64,000 nucleotides of DNA from Antedon mediterranea (taxonomy: Eukaryota > Animalia > Echinodermata): contig NC_092674.1 of assembly GCF_964355755.1 (NCBI RefSeq), positions 27,900,001 through 27,964,000 of the forward strand, written 5' to 3'. The position numbers and the translations under genes are program-made. Shown one piece after another: positions 13,448 through 24,373 of the stretch. The stretch's first letter is position 1. Each line of letters opens with the position of its first letter. Under the pieces are notes generated by a model that saw nothing but the letters and a program-made list of their open reading frames with translations, did no database searches and had not been told where the DNA came from.

Positions 13448-15005
13448 ATGGCTTTGCGAAAAAAGAGCTACGTCTGAAGCCCTTTATTAATTGAGCTGAC
13501 GATGCACGAGATGTTGGAAGAAAGGGTGAAGAGAAATCTGGACAGAGAAATGTTTGTTTTTGTCAGCGATAACGAACGATTTACGTTTGCTGAATACAAG
13601 AAAATGGTAAGGACTTTTTTGTTAAATTACATAATAGCATTACGGTTTCATTGATGTCCATGGTTTCGCCAAGGCAACTTAACAACAGGCAGGACGCTCG
13701 CCTTGCCAAGTCCTTTGACCTTATATCTGGCTGCGACAAATACCAACAGTACTTCTACCGTATGTAATATTCTCCGCGGAGCGGTGTCTCTTAACAGAAT
13801 TTAAGGAAGACAATTAGCCAATATTCTTTTTCAATTCCTCTGGTGATAGACTTAGCAGCCGGGTTCTTACTCAAACTTGGTCTTCGTCGTGGTGATCGTA
13901 TAGCTGTTATAGGCGCTAACCACGTAGAATGGCCGCTTATTGCAGGTGCAGCGAGAGCCATAGGCGTCGGTGTGGTAGGTACCAATCAATAACTAATTTT
14001 AGACTGATTACTCTATACATTTTACAATATATTTTTGACATTTTTACCGTAACAATACAGGTAACAATGAATATTGGAATTTTGTTTTCTTTTTTCCTTA
14101 TGTTAATCTGCTAATTGGTCATACTCCTCAAACATTCAAGAAAATACTGTTACAGGTATGCCATAAGTAAAATAAACATAATACTAACTTAATATTCTTA
14201 GTCAAGTCGAAGATGCTCTCCAGGTGGAATGTCATCCTGAGATGAGTAGTAGTAATTTGTCTTGTTTATTTTATTTCATTTATATGTAATTTTTTACTTT
14301 ATATGGACCAGAGTTTCCGAAATAAAAGATTGAATGAATTAATGAATGAATGAATAATCTCTGTTCAATCTTGAGTTCCTTCCCGCCCCCTTCGCCCATG
14401 CAATCCATAATATTATATAAACATTGCCAACATTATTTAGGTGTCGTGCAAAGCGCTGTTCATAACTCGTAGCCCGGACACACTTTATCAAATGGTTTGT
14501 GAAATGATTCCAGAGTTAAGTGAAAGTATTCAAGGTGACCTGAATTCAAAACAGTGAGTACGGTATGGCAAAAATGTGAATATTTATTATACGTACCCTA
14601 GCTAGCTTTACCTTACTTGCTGTTTATTTCTTTAGGTTTTCAGACTTAAAGAAGGTCATAGGCACTGGTTCTAATTGTAAAAGGTAAGTAAATACATTTC
14701 TAAAGCATCGCCAATTACAACACAAAGGAACTGTCGACTTGTGATTGTGAAGTAATTAATTTATTCTTTTCAGAGGAACTTTAAATTTCGATGACATATA
14801 TATTTCTGGATTTAAGAAGGAACTAGCAAAAGCGGCCAAGAAAGTCACAATTGATGACGTCAGTCATATTATTATGACATCGGTATGAAATGTCGTATTC
14901 CAATAAGTCAGCATTATTAGTACTGGATATAACTGGATCGTAAGAAGCTGCAAAAGATGGCTATTGGTGGAATTAATTTACCAAAATCTCCTTATGAAGA
15001 ATGCC
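13448..15005 (+). pseudogene. ACSF2-like copy C, pseudogene with exons 7-17 deleted
   Basis: Exon 1 (13448-13607) has a deletion and an early TGA. Acceptors of exons 2 (~13842) and 3 (~14102) have lost AG. Exons 4-6 are present (14441-14882), then the sequence jumps to a last-exon homolog at ~14934-15005. Confidence 0.88.
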
Positions 15006-15173
15006 GTCTGCATCATTGAATCAAACATCAAACATTACTTATAGAATGTATATATAGAGGCTCAATATTTCGTTTGTAGTATTTTTGTCAGACAAAAGTG
15101 ACATTTTACACGCCCGATATTTTTCTCAGGTGGCACCGTACTGAATCCGGGCGCGATGTGAAAGCAGCTTTAG

Positions 15174-16220
15174 CACTTTGACTGCCAGAGGTTTTTCCAG
15201 TTAGAAACTGCCACCGCCAGCGTTTTTAGCCCAATTCGATGTTTTTATTAAAGCTGATTGAAACCATGTATGTGATCTGATTTATATGTAATTTAGACTA
15301 AAATAATTATAAAGATTTTAGCTTTACAATGGTACCAAGAACGATTTTTAAATCGCAATATGTAAATCGTAATAGTAAAATGAAAGTAACCCACTTTTTG
15401 AATTTTTCGTAGTTTCGCGCAAGAAAGTCGAGATAGAGATAATCGCGATTTTGTGCAAGACATCACAATATGAAAATATCGCCCGGTGAGATCAACAAAC
15501 AACGAAAAAGTTACTTACACGGCACCGATAGGCCTATAAAAACAAGTTATCACTATCGAAAAATGTATTACATTTTATAAATCATAAATCTTACATCAAT
15601 GTTTCGCCAAAATCCACATAGTAAAGACACCAGGCCTAAAGTTGGTCCGGAACCGTTTTACGACTAGGGCTAGGCTATAGCCTAGTACTACTAGCCTAGG
15701 CCTAAGAGATAATAAACTGATGATAATAACCATACCATTTCAAAACAAGTTTGTTGCGTGAAACTCGGTCACTTTCAGTAAAACACCAAAACAATTAGGG
15801 TATACATACAATAATAAAATTAAAGACTTCATATTGAAAATGACTCCATTATTTTTTATTCAGATAACAAACAAACATGTCAATCCACAAAAACCTTTGT
15901 AATGCTTCGGCGGCGGCATAGCTAGCGCGCGACCGATACACAATGCGCCAAGCCATCGCTCTACGAGCTACTGTGATGCGCGGTGTTTGTTATTTCGACA
16001 GGTACCATTTTGACAGTCGTTCGTAACCAGATTAGTTACTTTCAAATTGTAAAATATTAACGGTCCAGACCGAATATAGTGTTCATATTTTTAGTATATA
16101 CCAATAATTAACCTATCTACCAGATTTCGTAAAAAAACGCGAAAAACGAAGATCTTCGTTTTTGGCAGTCAAGCGTTGTGTTTCCAAAAACGAAGATCTT
16201 CGTGTTTGGCAGTCAAAGTG
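15174..16220. mobile_element. Non-autonomous piggyBac-like element
   Basis: 14-bp TIR CACTTTGACTGCCA at both ends. Flanks TTAG/TTTC (degenerate TTAA). The right end has a duplicated subterminal unit containing the palindrome AAAAACGAAGATCTTCGTTTTT. Confidence 0.7.
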
Positions 16221-17390
16221 TTTCAACATCAATATAATATAATTTAAGGGCCATATTATATTTTATTGTAACGGAGACCGTTATTACAAGCGAATAAAGT
16301 TAAACCTACCCGTTTCGTTGTTGAGGTCATTATTTGTATATTGATATGTAGTTCCTTGATAGTGAACCAGTAATGTAAACTTACGTTTGCAAGACAGTTT
16401 CGTCTAGCTGTCAGCTTGACTTCTTCAGTTGCTACCATTGGTATAATCTCCACAATTTAGGTACTATGATTTTTTAAATTAAGCTTCTTTATTTGCTATG
16501 GATTTAGTTAAGTGAACATGATATTCCTAAATAAAAGATAAATGAATGATAGGATTGACTTTTGTGACCAATTTTTCGTTTTCCAATGATTTCCACCGTA
16601 CGTTGCTTATTTACTGAAGAAAATGTTGAAAATGTAAAACTTTTTACTTTTTTGTGCAACACCGTAGTGTCATATTATTTTAGAAAATTATTGTTGATTT
16701 TTGTAGATCAACTGTTGATCATCTGTTTTATTTTGCATTCATCCTTTTTTTGTGGCATAAATGAGGATGTAACAAGTTTCATGTACCATGTCTACAATAA
16801 ATCAGAGTTTCTTAACCTTTTAAAGTCTCTTTTCCATTTGCGGGTATATTCGTGCGAATCGAAAACATTCCTGAGTTATGATTGGTTGCATATTTTTCTA
16901 CGTCACAAAAAGTAGATATTAGTTATTTTAGTGAAAACTTTTGGTTCGCGCGAATAAACTGTCTAATTGAACCGGTTTTAAACCAATTTAGACTAATCTT
17001 AATCGTGGATATTCTCGCAACGACCCTAAATCAAATGGATGACGTAATTAATCACGAGCAAAATACAATTAAGGAGCGTGTCCTACGGTTGTTTAGGAGT
17101 AAGGAGACATTTGAAGAATATGAACATCTCGTTAAATTGCTTTCACTAAATTTACCTTACATTCAGAATGTTAGAAAAGTAAACCTGAAATAACTTAACT
17201 GATTTGGAAACTCGATTAAAAACATTTACTATCTCAAGCCAAGTGGGCTAGCACGTACATTTTAACAATATATAAGAGCGCTCTTCCACCGTGTAAACAA
17301 GTAGGCCTACAGCGAACCTTTTACACAGTAATTATTACTGTGAAATAGACGTTGACATGATCATAAAACCATACGATATTCCTATTATTA

Positions 17391-17459
17391 TTTACAGTTG
17401 GATTGTAAGAAGCGAGAGCTATTGGTCAAAATTTACCAGATACGCCCTATTTCAAATAA
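17391..17459 (+). pseudogene. Relic of ACSF2-like terminal exon
   Basis: tttacag-ttggattgtaagaagc...gctattggt...aatttaccagatacgccctat resembles exon 18 of the intact copies, with deletions. Confidence 0.65.
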
Positions 17460-17576
17460 CGTGTTAATAAAGTGGCTAATAAAATTATAATGTGGTGATG
17501 GGTTATATCGTAGTTAATAAGTGGTTTGCTTATATTTCACTCTCAATGTACAAATCGACAGAGTAAGTTGTCTAGA

Positions 17577-17953
17577 ATGGCCTTGTCACGAAAGAAGAGC
17601 TACGTCCATACCCCCAGTCTGAAACCCTTTATTGGGCTGACGATGCACGAAATGTTGGAAGAGAGAGTGAAGAAAAATCCAAACAGAGAAATGCTTGTAT
17701 TTGTCAGCGATAATGAACGAGTTACGTTTGCTGAATTCAAGAAAATGGTAATGGATTTTGAAATATTTGTTTTATCAGTGAGATACGATTGTTAATTCTG
17801 TAATAACAATAATACAGAGCACTCTATTTCTGTTCTACTAAATTTATTGTATACTGGAGGATTTACACTGATTACAGACTGCTGATACTCTTCATTGGTA
17901 CATTCATGGTGAAACTCCATGTTTTAGACAAATCAATCGTTGTATGTTAAGTG

Positions 17954-18006
<53 letters not shown>

Positions 18007-18305
18007 ACTGTAAATTATAGAAACAGTGCTCATATTCGGAACATGATCTCATAATCGCGTCGAGCATAGCTCATTGGCGAAAGTTCCGTATTTTTTTTTT
18101 TTTTTTTTTTTTTTTTTAGTTGTATGAAAAAATGTCTCTGGCGGGAGACATTTTTTCATACAACTAAAAAAAAAAAAAATACGGAACTTTCGCCAATGAG
18201 CTATGCTCGACGCGATTATGAGATCATGTTCCGAATATGAGCACTGTTTCTATAATTTACAGTATGATTTATATATAATTTACACAGTGCTACGCAACAT
18301 CATTG

Positions 18306-18340
<35 letters not shown>

Positions 18341-21300
18341 GGTATAGGTCATACTTAGATATCTGAAAGACTTATTTTTCTATTCTTCAGGTAATAGACT
18401 TAGCAGCCGGGTTCCTCCTCAAACTTGGTCTTCGTCGTGGTGATCGTATAGCTGTTATAGGCGCTAACCACGTAGAATGGCCACTTATAACGAGTGCAGC
18501 GAGAGCAATAGGCGTATGTGTGGTAGGTACCAATCTAATTTTATTTATTATTATTATTATTCTATTCAAACTAATTCTAAGCTGATTTTTCTAAACATTT
18601 TACAATGTAAGTGCATAGGTCTTTTTCTGACATATTTTAACCTTTTCAATACACAGGTAAATAATAGTAAATACTGACATTGTTTTATTTTTTTTCTCAG
18701 ACTTATCTGCTGATTGGTAATACTCCTCAAGCATTTCAGAAAATACTGTTACAGGTATGCCATATGCAAATTAAACATAAATACTAACTTAATATTCTTA
18801 TAATGTCTGTTCAATCCACCCTCTCTCCTCCCTCTCTCTCCTCCTCTCTCTCGCCCCTACCCACCCCCTTCCTCTCTCTCTCTCTTTCTCTCGCTGTATT
18901 CATGTGATCCATACTATTATATAAACAATGTAAAAATTATTATACAGGTTTCGTGCAAAGCGTTGTTCATAACTCGTAGCCCGGACACACTTTACTCAAT
19001 GGCTTGTGAAATGATTCCAGAGTTAAGTGAAAGTATTCCAGGTGACCTGAATTCAAAACAGTGAGTAATGCGACAATTTGAATAATTACTATACGTAGGC
19101 TAGCTAGCTTTACCTTACCTATACTTTTCATTTCCTTAGGTTACCAAAATTAAAGAAGGTCATAGCCACAGGTTCTAATTTCAAAAGGTAAGCAAATTGC
19201 CTGAAGTAAATACATTTCTAAAGCTACGCCAAGTACGGCAAAAGGAACTGTCGACTGATTGTGAAGTAATTAATTTATTTTTTTCAGTGGAACGTTGAAC
19301 TTTGCCGACATATCTATTTCTGGATGTGAGGAAGAAGTAGCAAAAGCGGCGAAGAAAGTGACAATTGATGACGTCAGTCATATTGTTATGACATCGGTAT
19401 GAAATGTATTTCAATAAAGTCAGTATTATTAGTACGGGATAGCCTATATCACACTCAAAGCTAGGACGAGACGCTACAAAGACGTACGCGCAATGTACGT
19501 AGGTTTTCCCAAATCACAAATGGCGAGTACCGTTCTATATACTTAACACAATCTAGCCGTCTTATGATTTTTTATTCCGTAGGGCACAACTGGATTACCA
19601 AAAACGGTACCGTATACTCAATTCATGGCACTCAATTGTAACACGTTTGTACCGGATCAATTTGACGAGAAACAAGTAGGTAACAATTTCCATTTGCCAG
19701 TAACTATAAGGTAGTGACAGATGTATTTATGATGATAATTCTAAAATCTATGAATACGATGACGAAAGTACAATGGTGGTGATGATGATGATGACGAACA
19801 GCACGAAGATGATGACGAAAAGTAAGAAAATGATGACGATCAGTACGAAGAAGATGACGAAAAGTAAGAAGATGATGACGAACAGTAGGAAGATGATGTA
19901 GAAAAGTAAGAAGATGATGACGAAAAAGTACGAAGATGATGATGAAAAATACGAAGATGATGACATAAAATACGAAGATGAGGAAAATTACGTATATATT
20001 ATAATAAGTACACTTATTTAGTATTTTATTTAGATTTATTTTATTGTTTTGTAAAGATCAATAAGTTTGCATGTATTGGTAACATGGCATATGTTGTATC
20101 AATACAAAACGGTGAGGTAGCGCCACTCGTATTCGGTACAACTTCAGTTTTTCCTTCACCAACCATAAATTTTGACAAGTTTCTTCAGGCAGTCGAAGCC
20201 GAGAGGTAAGGTTAATTGTTAACAATAATTCCACTGTCCAACATTTTTAAATGTATGCATGGTGATGTTCGTCAGAATGATGTCTATCAAGAGATCTAGA
20301 GAAACTAAACAATTCTCATTAAAACCCACGTTAATGAATAATGCATTTTTTTTTTATGTGAACACATAAACATAACTGAACCTAATAATTAAAGTAAGAA
20401 TAATAGAAGATATCGATGGGATTCGAACCCAGGACCTTATTTCCTGGTAATTTATGCCATATAAGTAATCACAATCATGATTTCTGCCTCAGATGGCCAG
20501 TAACAAATTCGCGGACTGTCTGACCAGGGAAGAGTAAAATTTCACTCCTCCCTGGTGGATGACGGTCCAGATATCTGGAGTATGTCTCATGTCAACCAAA
20601 TGTTGAAGTAAGGTCAGGTTATTTGTATCTTTACATTCTTTGTTTCTTTATTTATTTCTGTTTCTTGAAAAAAAAGAGTTAAATTTCACTCTTCCCAGTT
20701 CTGACTTATCTAACATTCTTGTGTAGATGTCGCGCTTTCACGTTGATGATCAGTGGTGTGGTCAATCTTGCGTATAACCCAATTTGTGATAAGTACGACC
20801 TGTCTTCATTGAAATTAGGTACGGGGTATAAAGTATTGTTATTGTTATAATGGTATTAGGTAGGTAGGCCTACACTGTAAAAAATATTATCTAGCCGCCT
20901 ATTATTTTAACACTCGTTCTGTTTTCTTTTAATTGTTACAAAAAAGGTATAACCGGTGGTTCACCCATTCCGCCAGCTATCTTTTTGGAGTTGAAAAACA
21001 AGCGAGGAATTCGTTTGTTGGTAAGTATAGACCTTAAAATATTTCCTATAGGTGATCGTTGTTGCAGCTCTCAATGTATAGCAGCACACTGTGAAAAAAA
21101 TAATATTTGAGCATACAAGAAACATTTGTGGCACATGCAAGGGAAACCAGACATAAGTCGGAATATTTAAAATTGAGATTTCCACAAATACTGAAACTAC
21201 ATAATATTAGATTTAAAATGCTGAAAAAATATCTTGATACCATATCTACTTCCAGAAATATCTAAGTCTAAAGTAATTTTTCAGCCTTTTATTGTTTTTG

Positions 21301-23704
21301 GCTGTTTCTACAAATCTAAACATGTGACTTATGTCCGATTTCGCTTGCATGTGCCACATTTTTTGTTGTGATAGCTAATCTACTAAATATAAATTGTTTT
21401 CCAGAATGCTTATGGGTCAACAGAAGCCTACACAATGACCTCTTTGACAGTCGATGACTGTCCAGAAGTTTGGGGTATGTCAGGGCGCCCTTTACCGAAT
21501 GTTGAAGTAAGGTTAACGTTAATTGTATCTTTACATTCTTTGTTTCTTTATTTCTGTTTCTTTCTTTCTTTCCTCTTTCTTTCTTTCCTCTTTCTTTCTT
21601 TCCTCTTTCTTTCCTTCCTCTTTCTTTCTGTTTTGTTCTATTGCTTAATCTTTTTATCTTTCAGTTTTTTCTTTCTTTTTCTTTTGTTTCGTTTCTTTCT
21701 CTGCTTCTTTTTTTTCAGTTTCTTATTTTTTTGCTTCTTTCTTTCAGTTACTTTTTTCAGATTCTTTCTTTCTTTCTCTTCTCTTTGTTTCTTTCTTTCA
21801 TTCCTTCTATTTCTTTCGTTCTCTTTTTGTTTCTTTCTTCCTTTCTCTTTCTTTCTGCTTCTTTCTTTCTTATTCTTTCATTTCGTGTCTTTCTGCTTCT
21901 TTTTTCTGCTTCTTTCTTTGTGTTTCTTTCTTTTTGCCTCTTTCAGTTACTTTTTTAACAGTTCTTTCTTTTTGATTCTTTCTTTCTGCTTCTTTCTTTC
22001 TTTCTTTCTCTTTCTTTTTGTTGTTTCTTTATGTCATTCTGCCTTCCTGTATTACAAAATCCTAAATTTTTCAGCTACAAATAGTTGATGAAGAAGGTTG
22101 TCCCGTAGAAGTCGGAGAAAAGGGAGAGGTTTGGGTACGAAGTCCGGTTGTGTTCAAAGGGTACTATGATAATATTGAGAAAACACAGCAGACGATTACT
22201 GAAAACGGATGGATAAAAATGGGGTACAGTACTATCACAACTTTATGTTTGCTCAACATACATGAATTATACCCAGTCAAAGTGTACGGTATGCATTTAA
22301 CATCGTTTAAGTATAAATGAAAGTAAATGTATTAATGTATCACTAATATCTTCTTTTAGAGATGTGGGTAAGGTCAATGAAGATGGCTATCTTACAATTG
22401 TCGGTCGAATTAAGGTAATTGAATTCACAAAACATTTTGTTACACGGTAAATATTTGTAAAATCGTGTTTTCATATGTTAATTAAGATAAATGAATCGCA
22501 ATTAATGTTCTGAAATTATTTTATTTTCAGGACATAATTATCCGAGGCGGAGACAATGTTCATCCATCAGAGGTGGAAAATAAAATAATAACACATCCCG
22601 CCGTAAAAAGTGCGCAGGTAGGCCTAAGTGTTTTTTTTTTCTCTATCGGCCTATTCATTAATTTGTTCTCACATAAACAGTTGCTGAATAAACCAAAAAA
22701 AACATTTTATAAAAAAAAAGCACTGAAATAGCAAAAACTAACATACGTGGTGTACCGCAAACTTATATCAATATCAGCACGTATGTTGTTCTTCTAATCT
22801 CTCCAGGTTGTAGGAATCCCGGATTACAGGATCGGTGAAGATGTTTGTGTATGTGTTACGTAAGTATTTTTTAAAAATTGAACTTGTTGCTATTTATTTA
22901 ATTTACTTCAAACCAATAATTATAGTCTGAATTAAGACGAAAAATACCACAGTTATAAAATAAAATATTTATAATTTCAGATTAAATGAAGGTTACGATG
23001 TCACCGAAGAAGAACTGAAAACGTTCTTAGCAGGAAAGGTATCCTATAGATATTATTTTGATTTTAATATTATAATCACCATGGAGAGATTATAATTCCT
23101 CCATGGTATCACAACATTCTGTTGATTCTGTTTTTAAATACTCACCCGTTAACGTCGTGTATCTTTCTGGTAACGTCGTGTATCACGCGGCAGCGTCGTG
23201 ACACCCGGTAAAATCGTATCGCCGTATTGAGAAACAATCGAAATGTTTTTTTTTTAGGTTAGGCTACAGTTCTTCAATTTTACGAATTTTTTTTTCAGAT
23301 ATCCGATTTAATCCAGCCGACTTACTTTCTGATTTTTGACTCGTTTCAATATAGTGCTACAGGGAAGGTAATAGGACGTGCCATATTTTATATGGCTGCC
23401 GTCTAATTAGGCCCTATGTTATTGATAATCGATAAAGTAGTATCCGATGGTTGATTAAAACTATTACTTGTTCAAACAAATCATTATATGGAGATACCTC
23501 TACCATATTTGGTTATGAGTTTCCAAATGTATTTCAAATATGTTTCGACCAATCGCAGTAATCCACATAAAAATATTGTCTAGGCCTAATGTTTTAGCAT
23601 ATTATCAAATTTCAATTAATATTTATTTACAGGTGGATCGTAAGAAGCTGCGTGAGATGGCTATTGGTAGAATTGAATTACCAGACACTCCTTATGATTG
23701 TTGA
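17577..23704 (+). CDS. ACSF2-like acyl-CoA synthetase, tandem copy D (intact, 18 exons)
   Basis: Exons 17577-17747, 18391-18522, 18701-18754, 18948-19060, 19140-19187, 19288-19396, 19583-19675, 20057-20205, 20727-20818, 20947-21020, 21405-21506, 22075-22223, 22360-22414, 22531-22617, 22807-22859, 22981-23038, 23299-23367, 23633-23704; same exon sizes as copy B. Motifs MTSGTTGLPK, YGSTE, GRIKDIIIRGGDN, TGK. Confidence 0.92.
18002..18268. mobile_element. Foldback MITE inserted in a (TA)n microsatellite
   Basis: Arms of about 125-135 bp are almost perfectly inverted around the loop tggcgg (~18139-18144); only the poly-T/poly-A length differs. Flanked by (TA)n at ~17955-18002 and ~18308-18338. 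Confidence 0.85.
19750..19985. repeat. Degenerate GAT/GAC/GAA low-complexity repeat (intron 7 of copy D)
   Basis: Repeated ~21-bp aagtaagaagatgatgacgaa units. Confidence 0.85.
20525..20698. mobile_element. P-like footprint enclosing a duplicated exon-11/intron-11 fragment
   Basis: gtctgac-CAGGGAAGAGTAAAATTTCACTCCTCCCTG-[copy of ~21450-21560]-AAGAGTTAAATTTCACTCTTCCCAG-ttctgac. Confidence 0.6.
21125..21360. mobile_element. MITE with ~35-bp imperfect TIRs
   Basis: tgtggcacatgcaag..gacataagtc at left, gacttatgtc..cttgcatgtgccaca at right. Confidence 0.65.
21540..22030. repeat. (TTTC)n-derived polypyrimidine tract in intron 11 of copy D
   Basis: About 490 bp of almost pure C/T. Confidence 0.9.
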
Positions 23705-24029
23705 TCCTTGGTTGAATATCGTGTTGAATTGAAAATAAAATGACAATAATTAGGCTACAAATTAAAAAGTACTGCTCATTGGAATATATTATTTTTATAT
23801 TTTATTATATATACTTTTAATGAATTGATATTCATGACAACAGTGGTAATTATCATTCTTATAAATATTATTGTATGCCTCGGACACGCATTAACATTTA
23901 ATCGTGTCGTGACACATGCAAAGATGGTTAATTTTGGTTTTATGATAACTTTAAAAAATGTTATATCGCCCTCTATAATTATTACTAAAGGCTTCCCTTT
24001 GTAAAATAAAGCCGTAGGGTGGTAGTACA

Positions 24030-24373
24030 ACTAATGTGATTGGCTAATTAATTTCGGCTAATTTTAAGGTTTTTTATCGAGACAATTGATTGAAACAACT
24101 GTTTGTATTATTTTAACAATTTACTCTTAGAATATACCATTTGAATGTTATTATTAATGTTAATCGTTAATGTGCTATGTTTAAAACGATGAGATCAGTC
24201 ACAATAATAAAAGAGTTAGCGCTGATCATCAGCCAATGAGTGGGTAGGCTTTACGGTTAATACAACAAAATAACATTGGCGCCATTTTCTCTTCGACGTC
24301 GGAATAAACTGAGAATTTAACCGTCGTTAATTGTGTTAAAAGCCGTATTTGTTTCGTGAACTGAATAAATACA
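24030..24373 (+). promoter_or_regulatory. Probable PDS5 promoter and non-coding first exon
   Basis: CCAAT boxes (gattgg ~24038, ccaat ~24233), YY1-type CGCCATTTT at 24280-24288, donor caa|gtaagt at ~24374; locally CpG-richer. Confidence 0.5.

Noticed and set aside
19748-19966. Hydrophobic 72-aa ORF
   Set aside because: Translation of a low-complexity intronic repeat.
21435-22088. 217-aa and 105-aa Phe/Leu/Ser-rich membrane-protein ORFs
   Set aside because: Read-through of ACSF exon 11 into a (TTTC)n intronic tract.
4819-23704. Luciferase or NRPS gene cluster
   Set aside because: Same ANL superfamily, but the sequences are colinear with ACSF2 and there is no carrier or condensation domain and no PTS1. 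No sequence evidence for light emission.
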